NCBI GenBank assembly: GCA_902384455.1
Contig: CABMCB010000090.1
Span: forward strand, 1-44,929
Direction of reading: 5' to 3'
Source: an uncultured archaeon
Lineage (GTDB): Archaea; Altiarchaeota; Altiarchaeia; IMC4; SCGC-AAA252-I15
Length of the DNA stretch: 44,929 nt
The position numbers and the translations under genes are program-made. Below, one piece after another: positions 1 to 9,562 of this stretch (the first letter of the stretch is position 1; every line of letters starts with the position of its first letter). The notes below the pieces were generated by a model. It saw only the letters and a list, made by a program, of their open reading frames with translations, was not told where the DNA came from and did no database searches.

Positions 1-2
1 GC

Positions 3-992
3 ACATTCAAAAAGACCACCGAAACACGCGCCCGCAAAACACAATACCGCCACTTCACCGACCTAGACCTAAACACCACAATAACAAGCACCGCAAACTT
101 CTCAACAATAGAAGCAGAATACTCCGGCTCAGGAACACGCCTAAACGGATACTACGAATTCTCAATCTCACTCAAAAAACAAACCCAAGAAACAAGCCCC
201 GCAGGAAACGCACTCAAAATCTACACAACCGTACTCACCACAACCACAGGAATAAAAGACGCATTCGAAGGCGCAATAGACGAAGCCAAAGAAGCAGGAA
301 AACTCAAAGACATAAACCCCACACTAAACGCCAAATGGACCGCAAAAACACACATACTACAATCCACCAACCTCAAAGCCGCAATGACCGGAGTAAACAT
401 AGGCGCAGTACTAGTCACAGACGGAAAAGACGCATTCATCGCATACAGACAAGGAGACACAGTAACCGGCTCATACTACACAGTAAGAGGCGGCCTAGGA
501 ATAGCCAAAGAAATATTCAACGACAAAGTACTCGGCACAGTAGGAAAAACATCCGTAAAAGCAGGCCCAGTCCTACAAGCAACAATCGGAGTGCTCGACG
601 TCTCATACAACATAGGCAAAGCAATAACAAGCGACGACAAATTCGTACGCCAATACTACACAGAAACCGCAGTCGCCGCAGGAATAGACGCCGCAATAGG
701 CCTCATCCCAGTGTACGGAAGCGCAATAACCGGCGCGTGGAGCGTCACATACTACGGGATGAAAGGGATATATGGGGCATTGGGGATACCTTGGGGTCAG
801 TTCACGAACCTCGCCTCAAGCCCCGGCTCAGCAATAGTGTTCCTTGTGGAATTCAAAAGCGGAGTGATAGTCCCATCCGCGTTCGCAACAGACGGGTTGT
901 CCAGCGCATACGAAGACGTGGCCGAAATACTTGAATTCTACCGGACATACCACCCCGAAGAAAACCACATGTTCGTCCCACCAGATGGCTGA
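3..992 (+). CDS. C-terminal part of a large hypothetical protein, open at the window edge
   Basis: The frame of ORF 384..992 has no stop from base 3 (TFKKTTETRARKTQYRHF...). It ends in Gly/Ala-rich hydrophobic helices. The stop overlaps the ATG at 985. Confidence 0.75.
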   Translation, partial: TFKKTTETRARKTQYRHFTDLDLNTTITSTANFSTIEAEYSGSGTRLNGYYEFSISLKKQTQETSPAGNALKIYTTVLTTTTGIKDAFEGAIDEAKEAGKLKDINPTLNAKWTAKTHILQSTNLKAAMTGVNIGAVLVTDGKDAFIAYRQGDTVTGSYYTVRGGLGIAKEIFNDKVLGTVGKTSVKAGPVLQATIGVLDVSYNIGKAITSDDKFVRQYYTETAVAAGIDAAIGLIPVYGSAITGAWSVTYYGMKGIYGALGIPWGQFTNLASSPGSAIVFLVEFKSGVIVPSAFATDGLSSAYEDVAEILEFYRTYHPEENHMFVPPDG

Positions 993-2370
993 CAAAACAA
1001 AAATCGCGGTAACAGCGGCAATCCTTGTAGCTTTAGCCATGGCGGCGTCCGCGTCAGACCCCCTCACTGTGACGTGGGGCAACGCCACCCAACTGGACGG
1101 AGGCCCAATATACGGGTACTCAATGTCAGACGACTCAGCAGGAGTGGTTTCAATAGTGTACTCTAAGTCCGCGTCCGGGCGAGCCAACTTATACCGGATA
1201 CTCTACTACACCAACGGTTCATTCTCAAATTCAACGCAGATAACCAACTCCACTTCATGGGCAATCAACCCGTCAATTAAGGTCTCCTCCTCAGGCGTAC
1301 TGCACGTCGCATGGCAAGACAACAGAAGCAGAGACTGGGAAATATACTATGAAACCATAGATTCCGACGGCACAATTACCGAATACCAAGTGACAGACAG
1401 TGTAGGCCACTCAATAACCCCTGCGTTGTCCATCTCAGGGGAAACCTCTCACATAGTCTGGGCGGACAACCGCACAGGAAACTACGACGTCTACTACGAC
1501 CGCCACAGCCCGTCAAACCCCGACCTGACGGTGACTAACTTCACGATAACCCCCAATGAAACCACAGAGGGCGCGCAAGTAGAGCTTCGCGCCGAAGTCA
1601 AAAACGACGGCGACCAACCAGCATCCTACTTCACAGTCCAAATACGCGACGAAACCACCTCCGAAACAATACGTGAGGAGTCAATAACATACGACCTGAA
1701 CCCCGGCGAATCAGTAAACATCACCGCCACCGCATCATTCGAATTCGGAACCCACCTAATTACGGCAACAGCAGACTCATCGGGCGCGGTAGAAGAATCG
1801 GACGAAAACAACAACGACGCATCAACCACAATACAGATAATCCGCACCAACTCATCATCAATAACCGGGTCATCCGGAAACCACTTCACAATAAACTACA
1901 CCGACCTCTGCTTCACAATAAACCTAAAGCTAAACGCCTCAGTAACCAACGCCCAACTAAACCTAACAACACGCCCGGTAAACCCCACAAACTCCACCCT
2001 ACAACACAGAGACATAGAAAAATTCTATCAAATAGACGCACCAGCCCTCGCCGGAAAAATATCGTGGGCAAAAATAACCGCCTGCTACCTCCAAAGCGAC
2101 GTGGACCCAAGAAACATAAACGAAACCACACTCTCCATATACTGGCACAACCAAACAACATGGCAGAAACTCACGCCCCTAGACATGAACTGGGTAATCG
2201 CCACAGGAAACTCCCCAACAGAAAACAACGTCTGGGCCAACGTAACCCACTTCAGCCACTACGCCATAGCAGGACAAAACAACACCGCAACAGAAGGAAT
2301 CCAACAAATCAACGTCGCCAAAAGACTATACGGAGGCTGGAACCTCATAAGCCTATCCTACAACGCATAA
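985..2370 (+). CDS. Secreted/cell-surface protein with beta-repeats, a CARDB Ig-like domain and a PGF-pre-PGF-like domain
   Basis: Signal peptide MADKTKIAVTAAILVALAMAASA. Repeats HVAWQDNR..WEIYY and HIVWADNRTGNYDVYY. CARDB motifs PDLTV..EVKNDG..ADSSGAVEESDENNN. WANVTHFSHYAI. C-terminal GWNLISL. Many N-x-S/T sequons. Confidence 0.8.
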   Translation: MADKTKIAVTAAILVALAMAASASDPLTVTWGNATQLDGGPIYGYSMSDDSAGVVSIVYSKSASGRANLYRILYYTNGSFSNSTQITNSTSWAINPSIKVSSSGVLHVAWQDNRSRDWEIYYETIDSDGTITEYQVTDSVGHSITPALSISGETSHIVWADNRTGNYDVYYDRHSPSNPDLTVTNFTITPNETTEGAQVELRAEVKNDGDQPASYFTVQIRDETTSETIREESITYDLNPGESVNITATASFEFGTHLITATADSSGAVEESDENNNDASTTIQIIRTNSSSITGSSGNHFTINYTDLCFTINLKLNASVTNAQLNLTTRPVNPTNSTLQHRDIEKFYQIDAPALAGKISWAKITACYLQSDVDPRNINETTLSIYWHNQTTWQKLTPLDMNWVIATGNSPTENNVWANVTHFSHYAIAGQNNTATEGIQQINVAKRLYGGWNLISLSYNA

Positions 2371-2481
2371 GCCCAAACCACATAAACCCAGTGTCTGTTA
2401 CCTGTCCCTCCATTTTCCTCTTCGGTTTAAGATGCTGTTAATAAAATTGTATTCAATACCTGACGGAAATTGCGTTGTACG

Positions 2482-4362
2482 ATGAAAAGGGGTCTGCCAA
2501 ATTTGGTTAAAACTCTTGTTTTAGCAGTTGTTTTAATCGCAATAATCGCCGGCCACCCGTTTAGCGAACAAGAATTCGGCGGCGGATTCAGGGTCTGCCT
2601 AAACTTCATAAAAAACGGCGAAGGAATATACAACCGCCAACCCTACTGCAACCAAACACCCATAATCTACTACTACGGCCACATAATCCGCAACCTACTC
2701 GGAGACGGCCTACTGGACGCAGCGTTGGCAATAACTACGCTACTGCTTGACGCGGCAGTCTATGTACTGCTTCGCAGAATCGTTTCCTTAGAGCATCTGC
2801 AATGGAGTTTCCTTTATGACCTCGCTTTCATCCTCCTTATCGTAGCCTCCAGCATCAACCACCTCGAAAGCACTATACCTACGGCGGCCGTATTAGCCGC
2901 CACATACACACTATTTTACTCCACTCGGCCTAATCGGGCGTTTGAGGGCGGAGTATTCATCGCTGTCGCAGTCTTCAGTAAATACACCTCCCTTCTGGCG
3001 TGCACTTGTGTCCTACTGCTCTATCTTTACCGCGAAGGTGCTTTAGGCGGTCGGAAGCGTTTTCCAACTTTTTCCTTCATCGCCGTTTGCGCCCCTTCAG
3101 CGGTCGCATTCGGGGTTTTCAACATATTGTACCCGTATTTCCTAAACTACACATTCCTCTCAAACATCTACTTTCAGCCTTGGACTACGCAGCAGGCACT
3201 GGAGGAAATGTTTAAGATGTACCTCGGCTTTATACCCGTCCTAATCTATGTGATAGCAGCGATAATTTATGCCGCCAATAAACGCATGCTGGACGGCCTA
3301 AAAAGTTTTTATGCCATAGTTTCAGCGGCAGGCATCCTATTTTATATGTGCGCAATAATCCGCGGCAACGCCGTCTTTACCCTGCTTGGTTACTATGGGC
3401 TACCGTATTACCCCTACGTCCTCATAGTCCTTACGTCGCTTTATAAGACGAACGCGAAGACGCACGCCCTCCTATTCACCTTGCTGATTGTTTACCCCGG
3501 CCTACAGCCAACTCCCCTACTAAATTATGCCCGCAACGACGCGGACCGACAACTATATGAATTCCGCTCACATGCCGACTGGGCCTTCCATTTCATACCC
3601 CCACAAGAAGGTCAAGTTCTAATCGAAACGGACGGAAGCGAAAAAACATTAGAAGTTTTCCTAAATCAATTCAACATAACCACGTTGAAGAAAGAGCAGA
3701 TTGAAACGATATCGACTCAAACAGCAGTAGGCGCCGAAGACCCCTACTGGGCACCCCGCATAAGATACCTCCTTACTATCTCAGCCCCCCACAACAACGC
3801 AGTAGAACTAACGCCCGCCGAAAAAATAATCAAGGAAAAGATAATCAACGGAACATACAGCCTCATAATATTCGGCCCGCCCTATTGGACGATAACAACT
3901 CGCATACTAAACAGCATCAGAATAGACGGCCACCTCACGCAGGACGCAAACAGCAGCCTGATTGTGATGACCCCCACAAACCAAGAATACTACCTGACTC
4001 TCACTCCAAACTCCTACTACCTCGGCCAAAATAACACGATGGCATATTCCGTTGTCATTTTCCGCGACAAAAAGCAGTTCACCCAGTTCATCGACAACGG
4101 CGTGTTTTACTACCAACAAAATCTTAAAAAAATCTGCGCCGAAAGCCAGGCAGTAGCAGGTTCCATATCCTCCATCTACTCCCAGATTCTAGACCGGCAA
4201 ACGCCTTTTATCTGCCAAAACGGAGGAAACATTGAAGAACGCCTTAAACCCCAAAAGACAACAACCAGCGTAGATCTACTAATCATCGCAAGCGTAACAT
4301 TCCTAATCTACGCCACACCACCAAGGAGCCACAAAAACAAAAAGATTAATAGCTCGGCCTAA
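2482..4362 (+). CDS. Multi-pass membrane protein, probable GT-C (ArnT/PMT-like) glycosyltransferase
   Basis: About 10 hydrophobic segments, N-terminal loop NQTPIIYY, GVFIAVAVFSKYT motif, soluble C-terminal domain and a final TM helix. Confidence 0.6.
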   Translation: MKRGLPNLVKTLVLAVVLIAIIAGHPFSEQEFGGGFRVCLNFIKNGEGIYNRQPYCNQTPIIYYYGHIIRNLLGDGLLDAALAITTLLLDAAVYVLLRRIVSLEHLQWSFLYDLAFILLIVASSINHLESTIPTAAVLAATYTLFYSTRPNRAFEGGVFIAVAVFSKYTSLLACTCVLLLYLYREGALGGRKRFPTFSFIAVCAPSAVAFGVFNILYPYFLNYTFLSNIYFQPWTTQQALEEMFKMYLGFIPVLIYVIAAIIYAANKRMLDGLKSFYAIVSAAGILFYMCAIIRGNAVFTLLGYYGLPYYPYVLIVLTSLYKTNAKTHALLFTLLIVYPGLQPTPLLNYARNDADRQLYEFRSHADWAFHFIPPQEGQVLIETDGSEKTLEVFLNQFNITTLKKEQIETISTQTAVGAEDPYWAPRIRYLLTISAPHNNAVELTPAEKIIKEKIINGTYSLIIFGPPYWTITTRILNSIRIDGHLTQDANSSLIVMTPTNQEYYLTLTPNSYYLGQNNTMAYSVVIFRDKKQFTQFIDNGVFYYQQNLKKICAESQAVAGSISSIYSQILDRQTPFICQNGGNIEERLKPQKTTTSVDLLIIASVTFLIYATPPRSHKNKKINSSA

Positions 4363-4391
4363 GTAACGGCTGCAGCCGAAAACAAGATAAA

Positions 4392-4829
4392 TCACTTCCC
4401 TATATCCTCATTCCAAAGCGCCGGATTCTTCTTAATAAACTCCTCCATCAGACGAATACACTCAAGGTCATTCAACACCACCATCTCAACACCCCTACTC
4501 CTAACGTAATCCTCAGGCCCCCTGAAAGTCTTATTCTCCCCCACAATAACCCTCGGTATCCCATAAAGCAAAACAGCTCCGCTGCACATGTCACAAGGCG
4601 AAAGAGTAGAATACAACGTCGCCTTACGATAGACCGCCGCAGGATGCCTCCCCGCATTCTCCAAACAATCCATCTCAGCATGCTTAATGACACTACCCTC
4701 CTGAACACGCCGGTTATGGCCCCTGCCGATAATCTTCCCATCAACAACAAGCACGCTGCCAATAGGCACGCCGCCTTCACTAAGGCCTTTCTTCGCCTCC
4801 TCCAATGCGGCTTTCATGAACTCATCCAT
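4392..4829 (-). CDS. Zn-dependent nucleoside/cytosine deaminase (FCY1/TadA-like family)
   Basis: GGVPIGSVLV, GRGHNRRVQ, HAE and SPCDMC motifs. WNEDIG C-terminus as in yeast-type cytosine deaminase. Confidence 0.9.
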   Translation of the reverse strand: MDEFMKAALEEAKKGLSEGGVPIGSVLVVDGKIIGRGHNRRVQEGSVIKHAEMDCLENAGRHPAAVYRKATLYSTLSPCDMCSGAVLLYGIPRVIVGENKTFRGPEDYVRSRGVEMVVLNDLECIRLMEEFIKKNPALWNEDIGK

Positions 4830-4951
4830 CGTCCAACTACCTTACGTAATTATCTAACTCTTTTTGTTTAACATTATTATGATAAACCACAGTAAGTGTT
4901 TGAGGCCGTTTATGTTAATGTTTGATGGAAGCAAAAAATTCGAGGTAGAAT

Positions 4952-5206
4952 ATGGATGTAGTTAAGCTTAATCGCGTCAGTGCGTGGGTTCTTTCGCTTG
5001 TGGTTTTGGTTTACATTGTGACTGGGTTGGCGATGGTGAGGCGTTTCGGTATGGATTCAATTGTCAGCGTCCGCCTTGCGAACACGTTGCATCTTAGCGA
5101 CTCTTTGCTTTTTCTGCTTGTGGCAGCTTTGATTGCGCATGCCGGCTTCTGTATTTACGGTCGGGCTAAACGGGAGTTTTTGTGCCGAGTAAAAAACAAG
5201 AAATAA
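4952..5206 (+). CDS. Small membrane protein with two membrane-associated His (cytochrome b-like)
   Basis: 84 aa, two hydrophobic segments, YIVTG..TLH..LIAH pattern, GAGGT RBS upstream. Confidence 0.55.
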   Translation: MDVVKLNRVSAWVLSLVVLVYIVTGLAMVRRFGMDSIVSVRLANTLHLSDSLLFLLVAALIAHAGFCIYGRAKREFLCRVKNKK

Positions 5207-5304
5207 TCTACGTTAAGTCCCGCATTTTAGTTCCCGCCAAACTTCTATTTACCCCCATAACATCAATAACTTCTTCTCGTACCTCTACTTTCACTTTATC
5301 TACT

Positions 5305-5898
5305 ATGGCGCTTGCCGGCGAGTATGTTGTGGTGGACATTGAGACGACTGGACTTTCGCGAGTGGAACATAGGATTACCGAGATTGCCGCGGTAAAAGTG
5401 TTGGACGGCGCCTTCCTCGAGGAGTTTCAGACGCTGGTGAACCCTTTGCAGCACATACCCTCCTTCATAACGCACCTTACGGGAATAGACGACGAGATGG
5501 TCGCCTCAGCCCCGACAATAAAGGAGGTTTTGCCTCATTTCGTTGATTTCATGGGGCAGGACGTGTTGGTGGCGCACAACGCATCTTTCGACCACGGTTT
5601 CTTAAGCCACAACGCTTCCGTCCACATTCAAGCCGAATTTGAGAACCCGAAACTGTGCACCAGAAAGCTAGCCAGCCGACTACTGCCTAACCTGCCAAGC
5701 AAGAAGCTATCCTGCGTATGCGACCACCTGAACGTAAGAAACGTGCGAGCCCACAGGGCAATGGGCGACGCCTACGCCACCGCAGAAGTATTCCAAAAAT
5801 TCATTCCGCTACTTGAAAATCACGGCGCCAAAACACTACCTGACATAATAAAATTCGAGCGCACCCCGCGAAAGAAACTACTCATCAATCAACCTTAA
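5305..5898 (+). CDS. DEDDh 3'-5' exonuclease (DnaQ/PolC epsilon-like)
   Basis: ExoI VVVDIETTG, ExoII AHNASFD, ExoIII HRAMGDA. ATG 5305 preferred over the ORF-track start. Confidence 0.9.
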   Translation: MALAGEYVVVDIETTGLSRVEHRITEIAAVKVLDGAFLEEFQTLVNPLQHIPSFITHLTGIDDEMVASAPTIKEVLPHFVDFMGQDVLVAHNASFDHGFLSHNASVHIQAEFENPKLCTRKLASRLLPNLPSKKLSCVCDHLNVRNVRAHRAMGDAYATAEVFQKFIPLLENHGAKTLPDIIKFERTPRKKLLINQP

Positions 5899-6526
5899 TT
5901 GGCCGCCTTCTGCCTTCGCCCACAGAAAAAACCGGCTCCACAGAAACCAGCCTGCTGTTAACCAAGCTAACCTCAAATGCCTCAAGCAAACCACCCGCAT
6001 GCAGAGAATGCTCAGCCAAAAACGCTTTGTCGGACAACAAACCAGCCAAACACAACGCCTCCCCCTTTTCCCTACCGTAAGTGACTGCTAAAGAAGCCTT
6101 AACGTCTGCCACCTTGACCGCAGATTTAGTGTACAACGAAAAAGGCACATTCGGACTCTTCACTGCCGCGATAAGGTCGTCAGGCAACCTCCTAACCACC
6201 TGCCCGCACTCCAATATCGCCCCCCCAGCAAGAAACTTGCTCCCCGCCAACCCCTTACTCCTAAACGGGTTTGCGTACGCCTCAAGAAACAACCGAAACA
6301 CAAATTCCGAAGGAAGAACATAAGAAAAAACCCCGTAAACCCCATCTTTAGCAGGAAGAAAAACAGACCCCTCAACAGCCGACGCACTGTCATCCGCAAG
6401 AAAAGCAGAAATACTACCGCCACCACACGGCCACCTATGAGCGTCCAAGACGGCCGGCGAATCCTTCCGGATTAAGCCCTGACCTTTCGCAGGCTCCTTA
6501 ACTACGGTAAAAACAAGTCCGCTCAT
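5885..6526 (-). CDS. Hypothetical protein coupled to fbp
   Basis: ATG at 6526 overlaps the fbp stop (ATGA). About 213 aa, no recognisable motif. Confidence 0.55.
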   Translation of the reverse strand: MSGLVFTVVKEPAKGQGLIRKDSPAVLDAHRWPCGGGSISAFLADDSASAVEGSVFLPAKDGVYGVFSYVLPSEFVFRLFLEAYANPFRSKGLAGSKFLAGGAILECGQVVRRLPDDLIAAVKSPNVPFSLYTKSAVKVADVKASLAVTYGREKGEALCLAGLLSDKAFLAEHSLHAGGLLEAFEVSLVNSRLVSVEPVFSVGEGRRRPIKVD

Positions 6527-7464
6527 TCCCCATCTAGATGGTCGCGCGCCCTGCTGCACGACTCAAAAATGTCCTGAAGATGCCTAATCAAATCGGCGTC
6601 CCCGACGTAAACAGGCGTCCTCTGGTCAATAGACTTAGGCTTAACATCAAGCAAACTCCGAGCGCCATTGCTGCTCGCCCCGCCAGCCTTAGCGCAAATA
6701 AACGCCATAGGAGCCGCCTCAAAAAGAAGCCTAAGCTTCCCCTCCGGCTTCCTAATAAGCGCAGGATAAGCAAACACCCCACCATGAAACATAATCTGAT
6801 TAAAATCCCCCACAAAACTGCCGCAATAACGCTGCTTAAGGCCTTTCTGGCGTATGAGGCGCATGAACACGTCGAATTCAGGCACCCACTCGTCGGGGTT
6901 GCCGCCTACGCTGTATATCGTGGGGGCCGGGAATTTAACGTTCTCCTTGCTTACGACGTATTCTCCGTCGTGTTCTCCCTTCCTGCTTTTGACGTACTCG
7001 TCCACGCCGTGCTCTGTGGCGACAACCATGGTGCTAACCGGCCCGTAAAGTTTGTATATGGCGGCGACCTGCTTTCTCCCTTCAGTTGGGAATTCCCCGT
7101 GCTTCCATATCCCAAATATCGTGCCGAACAAATTGTTGCTTTTGATGTTGTTGCTCCCATCCAAAGGGTCGAGAGTAACAAGGAACTTCCCTTTCCCCCT
7201 ACTTAACGGCTCAAGATTCTCCTCAGAAACCACCGTCTTCACCAAATCAGTGTCAAGAAGCTTGTCAGTCAAATAATCATTAACCCAGACGTCCAACGCC
7301 TTCTGGTCCTCGCCGAAATCGTTTCGAGTGCCGGCCTCCCCCCGTCTGGAGGGGAATTCTCTGAGTATTGGTAGTGTGTAGCTTGTGATGCCTTCAATTA
7401 GCTCTGCAACGTCTCTGTTTATCGTTGAGAGGTGGTCTTTCAAAAGGACTTCCGGCTCGCTCAT
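6523..7464 (-). CDS. fbp: Class I fructose-1,6-bisphosphatase
   Basis: NDFGEDQKALDV, VSEE, DPLDGSNN, GTIFGI, RYCGSFVGD, GKLRLLFEAAPMAF, QRTPVYVG. Confidence 0.93.
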   Translation of the reverse strand: MSEPEVLLKDHLSTINRDVAELIEGITSYTLPILREFPSRRGEAGTRNDFGEDQKALDVWVNDYLTDKLLDTDLVKTVVSEENLEPLSRGKGKFLVTLDPLDGSNNIKSNNLFGTIFGIWKHGEFPTEGRKQVAAIYKLYGPVSTMVVATEHGVDEYVKSRKGEHDGEYVVSKENVKFPAPTIYSVGGNPDEWVPEFDVFMRLIRQKGLKQRYCGSFVGDFNQIMFHGGVFAYPALIRKPEGKLRLLFEAAPMAFICAKAGGASSNGARSLLDVKPKSIDQRTPVYVGDADLIRHLQDIFESCSRARDHLDGE

Positions 7465-7506
7465 GGTTACCTTATAGTCCGCCTATTTTAATTAACACTC
7501 CGATAA

Positions 7507-8421
7507 ATGGTTACGCAGGTGGTTGGAATGGATGTTAAAAGACCTAGATTGAGCGAAATTGAATTGTCCGCGGGCGTCCGCACGCGCCTACACAGAATAC
7601 TCTACGAATTCGGACCCAAAAACGGAACTTTACTTATTCTGCCCATAGACCAAGGATTGGAGCACGGTCCGGAAGACTTCTTTTCTAACCCTGATTCCTC
7701 CAGTATGGACTACATTTTCAAGCTCGCAATCGAGGGCAACTTCAGCGCAGTAGCCTGCCACATAGGGCTCGCCGAGCAGTATTACCCTAAGTACGCGGGC
7801 AGGATGCCTCTTGTGCTAAAACTTAACGGGAAAACAAACATCCCAAGCGACGCAAACGCGTTCAGCCCGCTTACCGGCACGGTGGAAGACGCCGTAAGGT
7901 TGGGCGCTGACGCGGTAGGATACACTCTATTTGTGGGAAGCCCCAAGCAGGACGCAGACATCGCTCAACTAAACAAAGTACGCCAAGACTGCAGACGCTT
8001 CGGCATGCCCCTAATCGTATGGAGCTACCCGCGCGGAAGCGCAATAGATGAAAAAGGAGGCAAAGACAGTCTCTACGCAGTAGACTACGCAGCTCGCGTC
8101 GCAGAAGAATTGGGCGCAAACATAGTGAAAATCAACATGCCAAAGCCCCCAAACGAAAAGTGCCCCAAACCCTATCCCTCAATCCAAGAAGATGACCTCG
8201 CCCGAATGAAACGCGTAGTAAAATCAGCAGGAAAATCACTCGTCCTCGTATCAGGCGGAAGCAAACTAGGCGACGAAGACTTACTACACAAAGTAGAAAC
8301 CGCAATGCAAGCAGGAGCAACAGGAATAATATTCGGCCGAAACATGTGGCAGCGCGAGAAGAAAGACGCATTGGAAATAACAAAGAAAGTCCACGCGATA
8401 CTGAAGAAATACGGCGACTAA
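7507..8421 (+). CDS. fbaB: Class I (DhnA/FbaB-type) fructose-bisphosphate aldolase
   Basis: LPIDQGLEHGP, LKLNGKT, GADAVGYT, WSYPRG, ELGANIVK, FGRNMWQR. Alternative start at ATG 7528 after an AGGTGGT RBS. Confidence 0.92.
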   Translation: MVTQVVGMDVKRPRLSEIELSAGVRTRLHRILYEFGPKNGTLLILPIDQGLEHGPEDFFSNPDSSSMDYIFKLAIEGNFSAVACHIGLAEQYYPKYAGRMPLVLKLNGKTNIPSDANAFSPLTGTVEDAVRLGADAVGYTLFVGSPKQDADIAQLNKVRQDCRRFGMPLIVWSYPRGSAIDEKGGKDSLYAVDYAARVAEELGANIVKINMPKPPNEKCPKPYPSIQEDDLARMKRVVKSAGKSLVLVSGGSKLGDEDLLHKVETAMQAGATGIIFGRNMWQREKKDALEITKKVHAILKKYGD

Positions 8422-8461
8422 ATAGTCAACTGTTTAATAGTCGGAAACCGGTATAGCGGCC

Positions 8462-9490
8462 TTAAATCGCCTTCTTTTCTATGGTGTATCCTTCTGAGCG
8501 TATCTGCCTTATTCTCTGCCAGCAGTCTTCGTAGGACAGTAGGCCTACTGTGGTGCCGTATTTGGTTATGACGCTTGAGCTGTTTGCGATGCCCATTTCC
8601 ATGCCTGCTTCTATGCTGTTTTCTTTGATGATGCCTGCAAGTAGGGCGGCTGCGAATGCGTCTCCTGCTCCGGCTAGTTCGACTGCTTTTACTGGGTATG
8701 CTTGGCATGTGTATCTTGTTTTTCCGTCGTATGCGTTTGCTGGTTTGTCTCCGTTGGTTACGACTACTATGCGGGGGCAAATTTTGTGCAGTCCCTTAAG
8801 TATTTCGTTGGTGTCTTGGTCGCTTATTGTGCCTTGGCTGAAGTTTCTTCCCAGTAGCATGTGGGCTTCTTCCATGTTCATTATGAGGATGTCTGCTGCG
8901 GTGATTAGGGGTTTGACTTTTTCTGCGCCGTCACGAAGCAGGTAGCTGCTGGGTGCGTAGAGGATTTTGATGCCCTTCTTCTTCGCTTGGGCGACTAATG
9001 CTATCTGCGTCTCAAGGCTTTCGCCCGTCATGCTTGCGAAGTACATCCATTCGGTGTCCAATATTTCGTCCACATTTATTTCATGGATGTTTAAGTCGTC
9101 GTTGGCTCCCTTGTAGGCGAGTATGGTGCGGTCGCCGTCTAAGCTTTCGAATATGACGCTGAATCCGGTGTTTATGTGCGAACGAGGTGTTTTGAAGAAC
9201 GGCAGACCCAGACGCCCAAGGTAATCGGCGATGTACTGTCCGTTGCTGTCTTCCCCAAGTTTAATCAACGCGCCGGCCCTAATTCCCAGCCGGTGGATGG
9301 CTGTTCCGGCGTTTATCGCCCCTCCGCCAACGCTCAAAGTCAATTCGTCAATCTGGATTTTACTTCCTGAACGGAAACAAAGCAAGTCGGTTTCAGAATT
9401 CCGGGTCTCAATCTTGACGAGTCGGCTTTCGGCGCGGGCAAACATGTCCAGCACAGCCGAGCCGCAGATGACGACGTCCAACCGGCTCAT
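8462..9490 (-). CDS. PfkB/ribokinase-family carbohydrate kinase
   Basis: GSAVLD, GGGAINAG, NMEE, VVTNG and GAGDAFAAA signatures. Confidence 0.9.
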   Translation of the reverse strand: MSRLDVVICGSAVLDMFARAESRLVKIETRNSETDLLCFRSGSKIQIDELTLSVGGGAINAGTAIHRLGIRAGALIKLGEDSNGQYIADYLGRLGLPFFKTPRSHINTGFSVIFESLDGDRTILAYKGANDDLNIHEINVDEILDTEWMYFASMTGESLETQIALVAQAKKKGIKILYAPSSYLLRDGAEKVKPLITAADILIMNMEEAHMLLGRNFSQGTISDQDTNEILKGLHKICPRIVVVTNGDKPANAYDGKTRYTCQAYPVKAVELAGAGDAFAAALLAGIIKENSIEAGMEMGIANSSSVITKYGTTVGLLSYEDCWQRIRQIRSEGYTIEKKAI

Positions 9491-9562
9491 ATCAAGATAC
9501 CATTACCCCCCAAAACTATAAAACCACGTTAGCTTTTACTTGCCGCCTACATATCCCTTAAC

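Noticed and set aside
335-934. Long Arg/His/Asn-rich ORFs (also 2064-2441, 23421-24044, 32859-33392, 41996-42418, 42523-42879)
   Set aside because: These are alternative frames of real genes, left open because the A/C-rich blocks rarely form stop codons.
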